DNA of 64,000 nucleotides from Malacoraja senta (taxonomy: Eukaryota), in the NCBI GenBank assembly GCA_038087875.1, contig JAXLNO010000499.1, positions 1 to 64,000 on the forward strand, given 5' to 3'. Made by a program: the position numbers and the translations under genes. The notes under the pieces are model-generated. The model did not search any database. It was not told the origin of the DNA and saw only the letters and a list, made by a program, of their open reading frames with translations. This document shows, piece by piece, positions 37,601 through 49,567 of this stretch. Each line of letters starts with the position of its first letter. Within the stretch, counting starts at the first letter, position 1.

Positions 37601-38092
37601 GGGAGGTCCCGGGGGGCGGCGAGGTTCGGAGGAATCGGCGAGGGGAAGGAAGTCCGAGTTACCGTAGAAGCGGCGAGCCTGGGCGTCATCGGTAGGCAGG
37701 TGAAGGTCGGCGGCAGCATCGACGTGGAGGTCGGTGAAGGCGACCTCCTGGTGAGTACTGGAGGCGCTCCCCGTGGACAAGATGGCGTCCTGGTGAGTAC
37801 TGGAGTCGCTACCCGTGGACAAGATGGCGTCGCGGGACCGGGGCAGGCGATGCGGGCCGGAGTTGGGGCCCGGAGCCAGCGGGCGGTCGAGTTGCGGAGA
37901 GTCGGCGGCGGGAGCGGCCTGGAGGCGGGCTAATTTAAGGTCCTTGGTGGAGTTGAGGTGGGCCAAGAATCTTTTATTGAAGAGGTGGATCTTCCGGCAG
38001 ATAAAGTACAGTTGTGGTCCGTTGCAGGTCTGGGTGAGTGAGGCCCGAAGTTCCGGGAGAGTCAATGCGAGGTCCTGCTGATGCCGGCGCAT
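34682..38092 (-). CDS. Penelope RT plus GIY-YIG endonuclease (1136 aa open frame; true start probably ATG at 38399 across a 1-nt frameshift at ~38281)
   Basis: Motifs IKPADKGG, LPKIHK, GRPIVS, DVQSLYTSIP, QGVAMG, RYIDD, FLD, Cys cluster CNRKRCNTC, LIYCIRC..C...YIGET.R.L..RF.EH. Confidence 0.95.
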   Translation of the reverse strand: MRRHQQDLALTLPELRASLTQTCNGPQLYFICRKIHLFNKRFLAHLNSTKDLKLARLQAAPAADSPQLDRPLAPGPNSGPHRLPRSRDAILSTGSDSSTHQDAILSTGSASSTHQEVAFTDLHVDAAADLHLPTDDAQARRFYGNSDFLPLADSSEPRRPPGPPSIAAGPGPSSIAAGPGPLYTAAGPGIHELGRRTAPYSPRRLTGLVEPRRPTDHPLTGTSHASPVDPDSTAHLPRPSGPPTLATATTSSPTDPDYTAHGPRPSGPPTLATATPSSPTDPDSTAHGPRPSGPLTLATAPPSSSPQPSPYLQTGLCTGPEASTLFTPTLRGLTPLGPSASLPSPGYLSGSSTDSSPSLSNYGTTSLPHPHHCPLTPPPPDHPPPPHHTSPRPHYTHLPSSGPNPHPCRVFTIPPDLPLSDIERSVLSRGLTFVPLRPHLNEFRALHDLERFYRRLRLTAHFHGKQSSLPTDDPFSSLQRTPSSWNPPRSLPALELFIKNCRRDIHRLNFSTPLSHSNLSPLERTAIDSLRNNLDWVIKPADKGGAVVVWRVDLYKAEATRQLSDTSSYLPLDHDPTDEHQATISSTITNFIHSHALPERASNLIVPQPRTARFYLLPKIHKPDCPGRPIVSACSCPTELISTYLDSILSPLVKSLPTYVQDTSDTLRHLRAFHSLGPHPLIFTMDVQSLYTSIPHQDGLKALRFFLDRRSNLYPATDTLLRLAELVLTLNNFSFDSSHFLQIQGVAMGTRMGPSYACLFVGYVEQSLFNAYQGPIPDLYLRYIDDCFGATSCTHTQLTDFIRFTTNFHPALKYTWTISDTSLPFLDLTISIAGDRLLTDIHYKPTDSHGYLDYTSSHPASCKDSIPHSQFFRLRRICSQDEAFHTRASEMSSFFRERGFPSSTIDEARTRVSAIPRNTALSPHPPTHNKGRVPLVLTFHPTSRHIQQVILRQFRHLQRDPTTRHIFPSPPMSAFRKDRSLRNSLVNSSLPSHTTPSPGTFPCNRKRCNTCPFTSPLHSIPGPKQSFQVRQRFTCISSNLIYCIRCSRCQLIYIGETKRRLGDRFAEHLRSVRNNQPELPVAQHFNSPSHSVSDLSVLGLLHGHSEQHRKLEEMHLIFRLGSLHPGGLNVEFSQFC

Positions 38093-38704
38093 CGCAGTCA
38101 GTGTGGATCTCAGTGCCCGGGTGGAGAATTGTTGGGTATGCCGGTAGATAGCCAGTCGGTACCGATAGTCTGGCTGAGGTCCGAACTGGGAAGTAGGGAA
38201 CTGGAGCTGGAAGCCATGAGGTATGAGATGGAGGCGCAGGCATGCCCCGAGGAAGCAGATGTGGCTGTGGTATCTAGTTTGGGGTAAGGATGTGGTCGTA
38301 GAGTTGGAGGGCAGGGGGGATCACAGAGATGGGGCAGTTAGCGAGTTGGGTGTGGAACAGTCTCCGGAGAGAGGAGGAGAACTTCTTCAAAGTAGGCATA
38401 CCTTGACGAGATTTCGCAGTGGAGTAGACAAAGTGTTAAAGAAGGAACTGCAGATGCTGGAAAATCGAAGGTACACAAAAATGCTGGAGAAACTCAGCGG
38501 GTGCAGCAGCATCTATGGAGCGAAGGAAATAGGTAACGTTTCGGGCCGAAACCCTTCTTCAGACTGATAGGGGGTGGGGAGAAGAAAGGAAAAAAGGAAA
38601 AGGAGGAGGAGGAGCCCGAGGGTTGGGGGAGGGGAGGAGACAACCAGATGGCTGATGAAGGGGAGGGGACAGCCAGGGCTAGCAGAATTGGGAGAATTCA
38701 ACGT

Positions 38705-40855
38705 TCAGGCCACCAGGGTGTAGACTGCCCAAGCGGAATATGAGGTGCATTTCCTCCAATTTACGGTGTTGCTCGCTGTGGCCATGGAGGAGACCCAGGA
38801 CAGAGAGGTCAGATACGGAATGGGAGGGGGAGTTGAAGTGCTGAGCCACCGGGAGTTCAGGTTGGTTATTGCGGACCGACCGGAGGTGTTCGGCGAAACG
38901 ATCGCCAAGCCGATCTCACCGATGTAGATCAGCTGGCATCTAGAGCAGCGAATGCAATAGATGAGGTTGGAGGAGATGCAGGTGAACCTCTGTCGCACCT
39001 GGAACGACTGCTTGGGTCCTGGAATGGAGTGGAGGGGGGAAGTGAAGGGACAAGTGTTGCATCTCTTGCGGTTGCAAGGGAAAGTACCAGGGGAGGGGGT
39101 GGTATGGGAGGGAAGGGAAGAATTGACAAGGGAGTTACGGAGGGAGCGGTCTTTGCGGAAAGCAGACATAGGGGGAGATGGGAAGATGTGGCGAGTGGTG
39201 GGGTCACGTTGGAGGTGGCTAAACTGACGGAGGATCACTTGTTGTATGTGACGGCTGGTGGGGTGAAAGGTGAGGACTAGGGGGACTCTGCCTTTGTTGT
39301 GAGTGGGGGGATGGGGAGAGAGAGCAGTGTTGCGGGGTATGGCAGAGACCCTGGTGCGAGCCTCATCTATGGTGGAGGAGGGGAACCCCCGTTCCCTGAA
39401 GAATGAGGACATTTCAGATGCCCTGGTGTGGAACGCCTCATCCTGGGAGCAGATGCGGCGTAGACGGAGGAATTGGGAGTGGGGGATGGAGTCCTTACAG
39501 GAAGCAGGGTGGGAAGAAGTGTAGTCCAGATAGCCATGGGAGTCGGTAGGTTTGTAGTGGATGTCGGTAAGGAGTCTATCACCTGCGATGGAGATAGTGA
39601 GGTCAAGGAATGGTAGGGAAGTGTCGGAAATGGTCCAGGTGTATTTAAGTGCCGGATGGAAGTTGGTGGTGAAGCAGATGAAGTCAGTCAGTTGTGTGTG
39701 GGTGCAGGATGTGGCACCAAAACAATCATCGATGTAGCGGAGGTAGAGGTCGGGGATGGGGCCCTGGTACGCATTGAACAGGGATTGTTCTACGTACCCG
39801 ACAAAGAGGCAGGCGTAGCTGGGGCCCATGCGTGTGCCCATAGCTACGCCTTGTATTTGGAGGAAATGGGAGGAGTCGAATGAAAAGTTATTAAGTGTAA
39901 GTACCAGCTCCGCTAGGCGGAGGAGGGTGTCAGTGGCCGGGTATAGATTGCTTCTACGGTCGAGGAAAAAACGGAGGGCTTTGAGACCATCCTGGTGGGG
40001 GATGGAGGTGTACAGTGACTGGACGTCCATGGTGAAGATGAGGGGGTGGGGGCCTAGAGAGTGGAATGCGCGGAGATGACGGAGAGTGTCTGAGGTGTCT
40101 TGAACATAGGTGGGGAGGGATTTAACCAAGGGGGATAGTATGGAGTCGAGGTAGGTGGAGATGAGTTCGGTGGGGCAAGAACAGGCAGAGACAATGGGTC
40201 TACCGGGACAGTCAGGTTTGTGGATTTTGGGGAGAAGGTAAAAGCGGGCTGTGCGGGGCTGGGGAACGATGAGGTTGGAGGCTCGTTCGGGCAGGGCGTG
40301 GGAGTGGATGAAGTTGGTGATGGTGCTGGAGATGGTGGCCTGGTGCTCGTCAGTGGGGTCATGGTCCAGGGGTAAGTAGGAAGAGGTGTCCGAGAGTTGG
40401 CGCGTGGCCTCAGCTTTGTAGAGGTCGACGCGCCAGACTACCACGGCACCTCCCTTGTCGGCGGGTTTGATAACCCAATCTAGGTTGTTGCGGAGTGAGT
40501 CGATGGCAGTGCGTTCAAGGGGGGAGAGATTGGAGTGAGACAGGGGAGTGGAGAAGTTGAGGCGGTGGATGTCACGGCGGCAGTTTTTAATAAAGAGTTC
40601 TAAAGCCGGAAGGCTGCGAGGGGGGTTCCATGAGGATGGGGTGCGTTGGAGACGGGAAAAGGGGTCATCAGTGGGGAGCGAGGACTGCTTCCCATGGAAG
40701 TGAGCTGTGAGGCGGAGGCGACGGTAGAAGCGTTCCAAGTCATGGAGGGCACGGAACTCATTGAGATGGGGACGGAGGGGGACAAAGGTAAGACCTCTGC
40801 TGAGGACAGACCGTTCGATGTCGGAGAGGGGGAGGTCGGGGGGGATGGTGAACAC
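38705..40855 (-). pseudogene. Penelope RT, 5'-truncated tandem copy with frameshifted GIY-YIG
   Basis: Matches the main ORF until YIGE, then a net 7-nt deletion at ~38911 shifts the frame. Confidence 0.9.
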
Positions 40856-41071
40856 CCGGCAGGGATGGGGGTTGGGGCCGGAGGAAGGCAGGTGGGTGTA
40901 ATGGGGACGAGGCGATGTGTGGTGGGGGGGTGGTGGGTGGTCAGGGGGTGGGGGGGTGAGAGGGCAGTGGTGTGGGTGTGGAAGAGAAGTGGTCCCATAG
41001 TTGGAGAGGGATGGGGAAGAATCAGTGGAACTGCCACTGAGATAACCAGGGCTAGGCAGACTAAGGGGGAT

Positions 41072-41990
41072 TATAGTTTTACACTCTCCCCATAGTAGAG
41101 TGTGACTTGGAAGCAGGGATGTTAAGGGCAGTATGAGATAGTTAACGTGCCAAGTGGGAAATGATTATGGCCTGCAGATCAACATAGACAGATAGATTTC
41201 ACAGGACCCTTGTTCTAGTCATAAAATAAAGGGCACTATTTAGTACTGATTGATTACTTTACCTACTGGGTAAAGGTATTCCCATGCCAAGATAGAACAG
41301 CTAGAATTGTGATAAGGAGTCAAAGAGATAATATTCAGGTGGGGGTCCCTCTTCAGATAGACTCTAATCAGGGAACACGTTCGCAGGGAAGGTGATGAAG
41401 GAGGCTCTGCCTTGTAAGTAGTTAAAGAGTGATTTCACATTCCCAAACCACCTGCAGAGTTCTGGATTAGTGGAGGGAATGAATAGGACACTAAAGAGTT
41501 TAAGTAAAGCCTTGACCAAGACCAGACAGGAATGGGTTAAGGTACTCCCAGCCATTCTGATGGTTCGGAACAACCCCAGCTAGAGAGACTGGGTTAGCGC
41601 CTTTAGAATTGATAACAGGACAAGCTATGAACCTACCAGAAGATGGCCGTCCTTGAAATGAGGGTGACCCCACGCTACGTACCCCACGGGGTGCGACTAG
41701 AGTGTGGAAGTTACAACGACAGGCCCTCAGCGATGAATTCATTATGTATGCACAGCAATTAACCCATGCCTTGCCAGGTCTGCATTCCCAGGTACGAGAG
41801 GCACAGAAACCACTACCAGCTGAACACAGGGACGAGTCCATACCATCAGTCTACGTACTGATAAGGTAATGGGACTGGAAGAAATTGAGACTGTTGAAAG
41901 GAACTGCATCAAGTGCTACCAACAACATCAACTGCCGTGAAGATTCAAGATCACCCCTGTTGGTACATCTGATTGACTGTAAACGGATCG
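41072..41990 (+). pseudogene. ERV integrase remnant
   Basis: Frame-disrupted motifs QIDFTGP, VLIDYFTYWVKVFPC, GVPLQIDSNQGT, HLQSSGLVEGMNRTLK, plus a C-terminal TAVKIQDHPCWY-like segment. Confidence 0.85.
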
Positions 41991-42008
41991 GGGAACCAAG
42001 AAAGGACA

Positions 42009-42147
42009 ATGGGGCTCCGTTTTATTCTGGGGTTGGCCCAGATGGACTGGACTTGGGGAAATAATTTGTTTCTGTCTATGAGTTTTGAATTTGCCCTTCA
42101 CGATAATATAAGTGCATGCTGGGTGTGTAAGCACATCCCATATAATG
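42009..42147 (+). pseudogene. ERV env 5' part (SU with CWVC motif)
   Basis: Reads MGLRFILGLAQMDWTWGNNLFL...NISACWVCKHIPYN. The frame resumes at 59271 (GGGEIPLLTIPLNLTE) once the hAT insertion is removed. Confidence 0.85.
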
Positions 42148-45100
42148 TAGCAATGTAACAAAATGTTGAGCTTTAAAAAAAAAAAATGCAATTTATCCCA
42201 TCAGATAAAGCATAAAAAGATGTTTAATTTGATACCTAATTCACTTTCATATCTTCAGTATTTAAAAAGTTGTGTCCATTTTCATACTCGGAAATTAGCA
42301 TCTTGTTAATCTTGTCATTGCTTTTCCATTGACTTAACACAAAAGCTGTGATCGAGGACAGTCAAAAGCACATAACTTTCTTAAAAATTAAGAGAACTGA
42401 ATTGAAATTTCCAGTTATTATGGATTAAAGCATTCTGAAACAAATATAAAACATTTTACTTGGATGACCTGAAATTAAAGCATATAATTAGTTAATTACC
42501 TAATTGTAGCTAATTACAAAATTGACCGTTGTGACGGACATAGTAATAAATACCCAGACTGCCTTGAATTCAAAAATGTGATATTCTCAAGATCAGAACT
42601 TTAATATTATTGTATAATATGCTGTAAGTCCATAACAGATAGGTAAAGAAATTACAATTTCTAGCAATAGACCATCTTTATGGAGAAGATCAGCTGGTAG
42701 CTGGTACATTGGCATATCATAATCAGTAGCATCATCATACTCCTCAGATTGTAACCAATAAGCAACTCTGTACACCTTGTTTTTCCTCAACTTTTCAATT
42801 TTGGCATTGTAAACTACAAGTTTTTGCTCTTCAAACCACGCATGACATGCCTTTCTGCCCACTACTTTTCCATTAAGAATGTCCTGTAGATCATCACATT
42901 TGGAGTAGTCCAAATTCGGATAATCTCTGCGAATGCAGTCTCTTTCAATTTTTTTCCTAGTTTTTTCCTCTCTTTCGTGTCCCGAGCGTGCTCCTTGCCC
43001 TTCTGTCGCTTGATGAGTTCTGCTTTCAATTCCTTCTGTTTTTTCTTCCGTCTGTTCCTCTGCACTCTCCCCCATGTCACTGCCTTACAGAGCACCTCCT
43101 CCCTACGATGCTCCTCGAGATTATCAAGGTAATTGACTGTTCTATTCTTGCATGCCCGCATCCTACATGACAAATAACACATGGTGGCCTTGGGAGATTT
43201 CTGTTTCGATGAGCTAAACATCCCCAGTATCTCCTCCACATAAATGTTGTGTGATCTTGCTGATGCAGTCTCCTCCTTCAGTTTCTCAGTTACATCAAGT
43301 TCAAAGTATTTACTATACTGCCTTTCCAACACAGTGATGACAGCTTGAAGACATCTTTGAACTGAACTGTGGATGTACTGGTAGCTCCCGACATTTTGTC
43401 AACGTGGCATCAAGATGCACCTCCTCACCTTGCCAATATCAAGTTGTCTGCATTTTCTGTGGCTTCCTTTAGAGGAGCAATCATCCCTTTAACCACTTTG
43501 ATGCCATCAACATGGTTGATCTGATTCTGGCTTGAAGTGTAGAAGTGCTTCATCCAAGGCCCAGTCAGATATTTGCCAAATAAGCCTAATACCTGAAGTT
43601 CTACTTTTGCTTCTGCCTGGGTGAAGTCATGGAGGATGGCGCTTCTCAACCCCCGACAGGATGTTCCGCTATTCAGCAGGGCAACAAAGTCATCATAATG
43701 TTCTATGAGCTTGCCACTAATATGGAAAAGTATATGCAATCTGTTGCCAAGGTACCATGGGAGGACACCTCGGGGGATGTTCCTGTCATCCAAAAATGCG
43801 ACAAATACTTTTGGGTCCCCTTTTCCGTTTTTGTACCGAGGTTTGCTCATCTGCAGGATGGCATTTACTGCTAGACAGTCTTTCCCAAACAAGAATTTTC
43901 CTCTGGATTGTTTCTGTATTTTGAGGGCTGAGTGAACTGATGTTGATATGGAGTCAAGAGGATGCAAGTGGCAGAAGAGCTCATTCAAAGATTTACCCCA
44001 CTCACTACTCACAATCCTAATAGCAGCATGATTAGCTGCACACCTGTCACACATTGTGTTTGAAATGTTGTCGATTATCTTTTGCCTGGTGTCTTGGAAA
44101 TCTGATTGCTCATTGAAATAAGTGTAAGTTTTACACAAATTGTCAACTGTTGTCACGAAGTTTTACACAAATAGAAAGATTGAACGAGAACCTACCGTTT
44201 GAAGTTTGATCTTTATTTTATGTGCAGTTGAAGTGAGGGATTACGTGAAGAAGCCCGCCAGCCCGCATGCGTGTCAATCTTCAAAGTAGCTGTATGAAAC
44301 CACAAAATAGTTGCTGACCTAAGCTATAGGAAGATTAACGAGATTAGAACTACCGAATGATCTTTGTGAGAAGTAGGGTTGGGAGTGGAGGGCACGTAAC
44401 CCCTCACTTCAACTTCTCATAAAATGAAGATCAAACTTCAAACGGTACGTTCTCGTTTAATCTTTCTATTTTATTTCGAAGTCACATGAGTGACTACGTG
44501 AAGAATTCAAAACTCTGTGGTTACATGCAGTGAGACAATCTGTGTGTGAAACACTTAAACAAATAAACCATTAATGGTAGGAAAAAACATGAGTTATTAA
44601 TATCATGATGCTCACTTGCATACATGGCCATTGCTCTAAACTGGCCTGTAGTCCCAATAGACTGTTGAGTTAGACAATAACATATGCAACAACGTGCATA
44701 ATTCTATCTGCAAATATCCAGACATATTCCACCAAATTTATAATGTATTAACCCGCACTAAGGGAAATCCATTGGATTGGCTGCTAATGAGCCATCAGCA
44801 ATATCTTGAGACTATTGAAACAAAAGAACTATCTTCCATTTCAATGACATCCCTGATCTCTGCTCTGGTGGGTATGCTGTCAACCTCAAATGTACGCAAT
44901 CCTGCTAATTTGCTTATGCGATTATTTCTATAACAAGCTACCCTTATGTCAGTATGACGTGGAGACTAAGCCAGAGATTGAGTAAAGGCTGTGTTCTTTA
45001 TGCTGAGATCAGCTGATGAAAGCATAATCATCTTAAGATACTGGTCCCATTAGGAAAATTTTGAGGAATATTTGCATAACAATTTACTGATATACATTGC

Positions 45101-45789
45101 ACATTACAATGAGTGTAGGCTATTAGAGTGGTCAAATAAAAGACACCCTGCATAACGTTAGAGAATAGTGGGTGAAGAACCAATAATTTATGTCCCACTT
45201 CTGGTATTACAGAAATGATAAAGCAGCACAAGCAATGACAATTGTGCTATCCCATAAAGTTTCTCTAGGCTCAAACTGGAAGCCACACAAACTTCTGTTA
45301 CTTCCGTATAAAATTGACTCACATATGTTGTTCACAAGCTTCTCATACAATCGTGCAGAGCTAGCTGCCCGAGAAGACAGGCTGTCCCAGCCGTCACTCG
45401 TGACTGAGTAAATAAGAGTTGCTTCAGCTTTGTTATTAAACAGCAGAATCTGTGCCTTATGTGTATAGATATGACAGAGTATGCAACTACAAGATCGATT
45501 CTCTGAGTTAAATTGCAGACACCCAATCATCCATCTTAAACTGGGTAAGTAAACCCACAATTTGATTAGCCTAATGCTAACCCGATTCGGCCTGCACCAT
45601 ATTTCTGTAATCTTGAGAAATATACCCCTCTAATCCTTGGTCAGACCACACATCCTCGGATGAGTTGTCACTGATTGCACTTGGAACCGCTGTTCCTCTG
45701 TTGATCCTACGGACGGAATTTTTTTGGCTTTCCTACCCGCGGAAGATGCATTATCTAGTTATTCATACATATCGCTGATAATATATAAT

Positions 45790-48700
45790 AGTAAGATTAA
45801 ACGAGAACTTACCAGTTTGCAGTTTGATCTTTATTTTATGAGGAGTTACGATGAGAGATTACGTGAAGAAGGCCGCCAGCACGCATGCGCGTCAATCTTC
45901 AAAGCAGCGGTGTGAAATCACAGATAACAAAAGTTGACCTAAACATAGTAAGATTTGGAGAGAAACTAGAACTACCAGCTGATCTTTTTATGAGGAGGGT
46001 TGGGAGCGGAGGGCATGTAATCCCTCATCGTAACTCCTCATAAAATAAAGATCAAACTTCAAACTGGTAAGTTTTAGTTTAATCTTACTATTTTACTTCG
46101 GAGTCACGTGAGTGACTACGTGAAGATTTTGAAGCTCTGTGAGTTCATGCCGTTGAAACGAGTCCATGCGTCACACACTGCATCAATTGACCAGGGATGA
46201 GTGAACATTAATAATGCTATCAGACATGACATAGATTTAGACATGCTGATGCTATTAATGAACAAAATGACAATAGTAACCCTTGTCCGGGAGGAAACTA
46301 TCAACAGAACTAAAAATAGTTGGGTAAATACCCTTGGTCTGGCAATGGATTCGTTATAAAAAATGTTTGAAAAGATCATTCGTTTGACCATTCTGCAGTT
46401 GCTAGGATGTGGTACAGTGGAACGTCCATAACCCTGCTGCTGAAAACTTGCAGCCCTGGTGGAGTGAGATTTGAAAATGTTAGAGTTCACTCCTGCACAA
46501 GCCAGAACTCATTAACCACCTGGAGATGGTCTGAACTGATATCTTCTTATGAGGTTTTAGTAACTAACAAACATTGCTAGATCAGTGCCCCTAATGGTCT
46601 AGTGACCTTCACGTATTGTAGTAGATGTGATCATACATAATCGAAGGTTCATGGGGCATATCCAAAATTTAGTTTGAGACCTAATGCACCTAGTCCGCAC
46701 CGCTTGACTAAGCCATGAACATAAATTGTTATTTTATCTGCAGATGTAACCATCCTGTCTAGTCGCAGCTTCCCTGTAATCTGCAGTGAGCACGTCCATG
46801 GGTTGGCCTCACAATCCGAGCTGCAGGAAACAGTCCTTCCAGGGTCTGTAAGTCAATGAATTGATTTTATCATGCATTGGATCGTTGCCCGAGTCACGGG
46901 CTGAACCAGCAATTCTGTTAGAAATAACCATATAAGGTTCTATTATCATTCCCAATATCAGCGGGAATCATGGCTGCATAGGCCAGTCACTACAAAAATG
47001 TCTGAAGCGGGATATTGCTGACAAATTAGTCAACCCGACTGATGAGGCAAAATGGAGGAAGATATAGCTCCCCAGTGTGGCGAGAATGCATCTATCGCCA
47101 CTCCATGCCACATATTTTATTTTATTTATTATTTATTTATTTATTTATTTAATTTTTACTGCAACTTGTGATTGAGCCTGGATGCAAACACTCGATCTAG
47201 TGTTCCATGAGCCACCAAGTCATAAATACTTAGTGATCCAACATTCATTCTGTTTCAGCATAGATTTTACGTGATGAAACACCAGAGCCAAATGAGGTTA
47301 GGTAAACTATCACCGGATACTTTGACTTGATTGCACCCATGTGATTAACATATGACACTACCAAGTGTATCAACTTGGACTTAAGTTTGCAAATTATACA
47401 ATGCAAATTATACATTTTCGCACAAAACATTTAAGAAACCCATAGAATGCACCTAGTGTCTATAGGTAGTTGATACCCTATAACTGAAGAATTGGTAACT
47501 CATGCAAAACCTATCACCTCTGTAACTAGAGATGGTATTAGTAATATCCCATCTTTGAGCACTAACATCAGTTTGTAATGTAACTGAAGATTCTCTGACG
47601 AAAGTTAGTGGAGCAATGCTGAATACTGTTCGTCCACCATCGTGAAATATCATGGAAGTGAATAATGAAACCTACTTACCAGTGTCTCTAACTTCAGATC
47701 TCCTTACCTTTGCTAGAGTTCCAGTGAAATTTATTCGCATACTCTGTCCATGTTGTAATTTCCATTAGATCGCTGATGCTGCTGACCAACTTTTCTTTTA
47801 GTGGCTAGTCCGTCTCTGACGGAGCAGCAATATTAGAGGCAAAGCACACCACTTCCCCTCATGCGATTGTCGTGCATTATGCATTAAGAATGGGACCCCG
47901 GCACATAGTCATATTCGGGTTCCTGTTTGGAGTTAATCCATACTAACCTTTAGACACTCTTTTTAGAGTGGGCGTAATTGCACCTGAACCAGGTGTCACC
48001 AGCCATATACTTCAATTTGTTTGTGCATGCCTTATATCAAGCATGTTTAGCGACACCATCTCCCATGGTCTATAATGTATATGGCTCCATCTTCATCCTT
48101 TACACATCCGAATGGGAGGGCTTATGCAACCTGAACCAGGAGCTGCCTCAGGCATGTGTGCATGCATTTTAGCACCTTCTCTATTACTGTGTTCAACCGA
48201 GTGGGAGGAAAAGCAAACCTGAACCAGGCGTTGTTTCAGGCGCATGTGCATGCTCCCACCTCTCTACCATTCCGAGCTGCTGCCTGACATGCCTTAAGAT
48301 GGAACGATCTTTGACTGCGACGAGTCGCAATCTTGTCTGACATAGATGCCCAAGACTTGGCACTGTAATGAGCTCCAGGTTTTCTGCCATCGGCTAGAAG
48401 CCAACTTTTCCTTGCAGAGGCCCCCGTTTACGTGGATATCGCAATCCTTAATGTCACGGCAGAATTCTGACCTTCCAGTATGTTTCACGGACATACTTCT
48501 GAATTTGGAGTCAGTTATACACTGAATGCCTACGCTCCTCTCCTCAGAGAAGGAGATATAATGCAGCCCTTCAACAGGCGCTGCTGCAGGTGTCACGCAG
48601 CTGGCATGTCGTGGAAAATTCCCTCACGACATACCATCAAACTGCGACTGCCTAGCTCCCCTCTTCAGAGAGGGAGATATATTGCAGCCCTGTACCAGTC

Positions 48701-49302
48701 GCTGCCGCAGGCCTCCGAGACCCGTGCTGATATTACTCCCTTGTTTGGAGTATCAGGTGGAGCATCTCCTCATAAGATGCTCTATCTGGCAGAGAAAAAA
48801 CGTCTGAAGATGCTCTCACTGCAGGAAGTGAATCCTGCTGGCCGGACTAGTTTGAAGTTTAACCGGCCTGTCGAGCCGGTAATTCCTACGGAGCCTGAAT
48901 GCCCCGTGGCTTCCGCAGCCGGCGGTTACCATGGCCGGGTTGCCCCCGAGCCGAGTTTTACTTCGCGGAGCCGGGATTTCCAGTGGCCTCCGCTTCCGGG
49001 TTTCCCCCCCGAGCTGAGTTAATTTCGCGGAGCCGGGCTTTCCCGCGGCCTCCGCTTCCGGGTTTCCTCCGAGCTGAGTTAACATCGCGGAGCCGGGATA
49101 TCCCGCGGCCTCCGCTTCCGGGTTTCCCCCGAGCTGAGTTTACTTCGCGGTGCCGGGCGTTCCCGTGGCCTCCGCTTCCGGGTTTCCCCCCGAGCTGAGT
49201 TTACTTCGCGGAGCTGGGATATCCCGCGGCCTCCGCTTCCGGGTTTCCCCGATTAGGTTCCCTGATTAGGTTCCTTTTACTTCCTTTACTCCGAAGTAAA
49301 AT
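45790..49302 (-). mobile_element. DIRS1-like element (copy 3), internally deleted, nested in copy 2
   Basis: ITR/ICR at 45790-46130, YR remnant HSTRAA (46116-46490), RNase H remnant YVNHMG. Ends ...ACTCCGAAGTAAAAT. ~59-bp tandem repeats at 48940-49250. Closely similar to copy 1. Confidence 0.85.
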
Positions 49303-49567
49303 CAGCAGCTAATGACTAGAGCTGAAATCACAGTCTCCCTTAGATATGGGAATATTAGTTCCCTGTCAACTCTTGACTTAAGAGTCACCATGAATACTCA
49401 GCGTTTTCCTTCAAAGTGGAGATTAGTATAATGTAAGGCTGAATCAGGAATTACCTCGCAGTCTTTTGACTGAAACCACATGTCTAAGTCGCCAGAGTGC
49501 ATAACACAATCTCTGCGACCCGCCACTCAATCAGGAATACTGGTATTGAGAGCCTATGGATTATTAA

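Larger units (their letters stand above)
34431..41059 (-). mobile_element. Penelope-like element (Neptune-type) in partial tandem: full copy 34431-38432 plus upstream 5'-truncated copy (pseudo-LTR) 38433-41059
   Basis: Near-identical direct repeat (34436-37073 vs 38433-41063). 12-bp TSD ACTAAGGGGGAT at 34419-34430 and 41060-41071. Encodes RT and GIY-YIG. Confidence 0.95.

Noticed and set aside
38433..41059. Penelope duplicate as an assembly artefact or true LTR
   Set aside because: The copies differ by substitutions and an indel and share one TSD. Partial tandems are the normal PLE structure.
34748..41095. Plus-strand ORFs overlapping Penelope
   Set aside because: Antisense shadows of a GC-rich coding strand, with no recognisable motifs.
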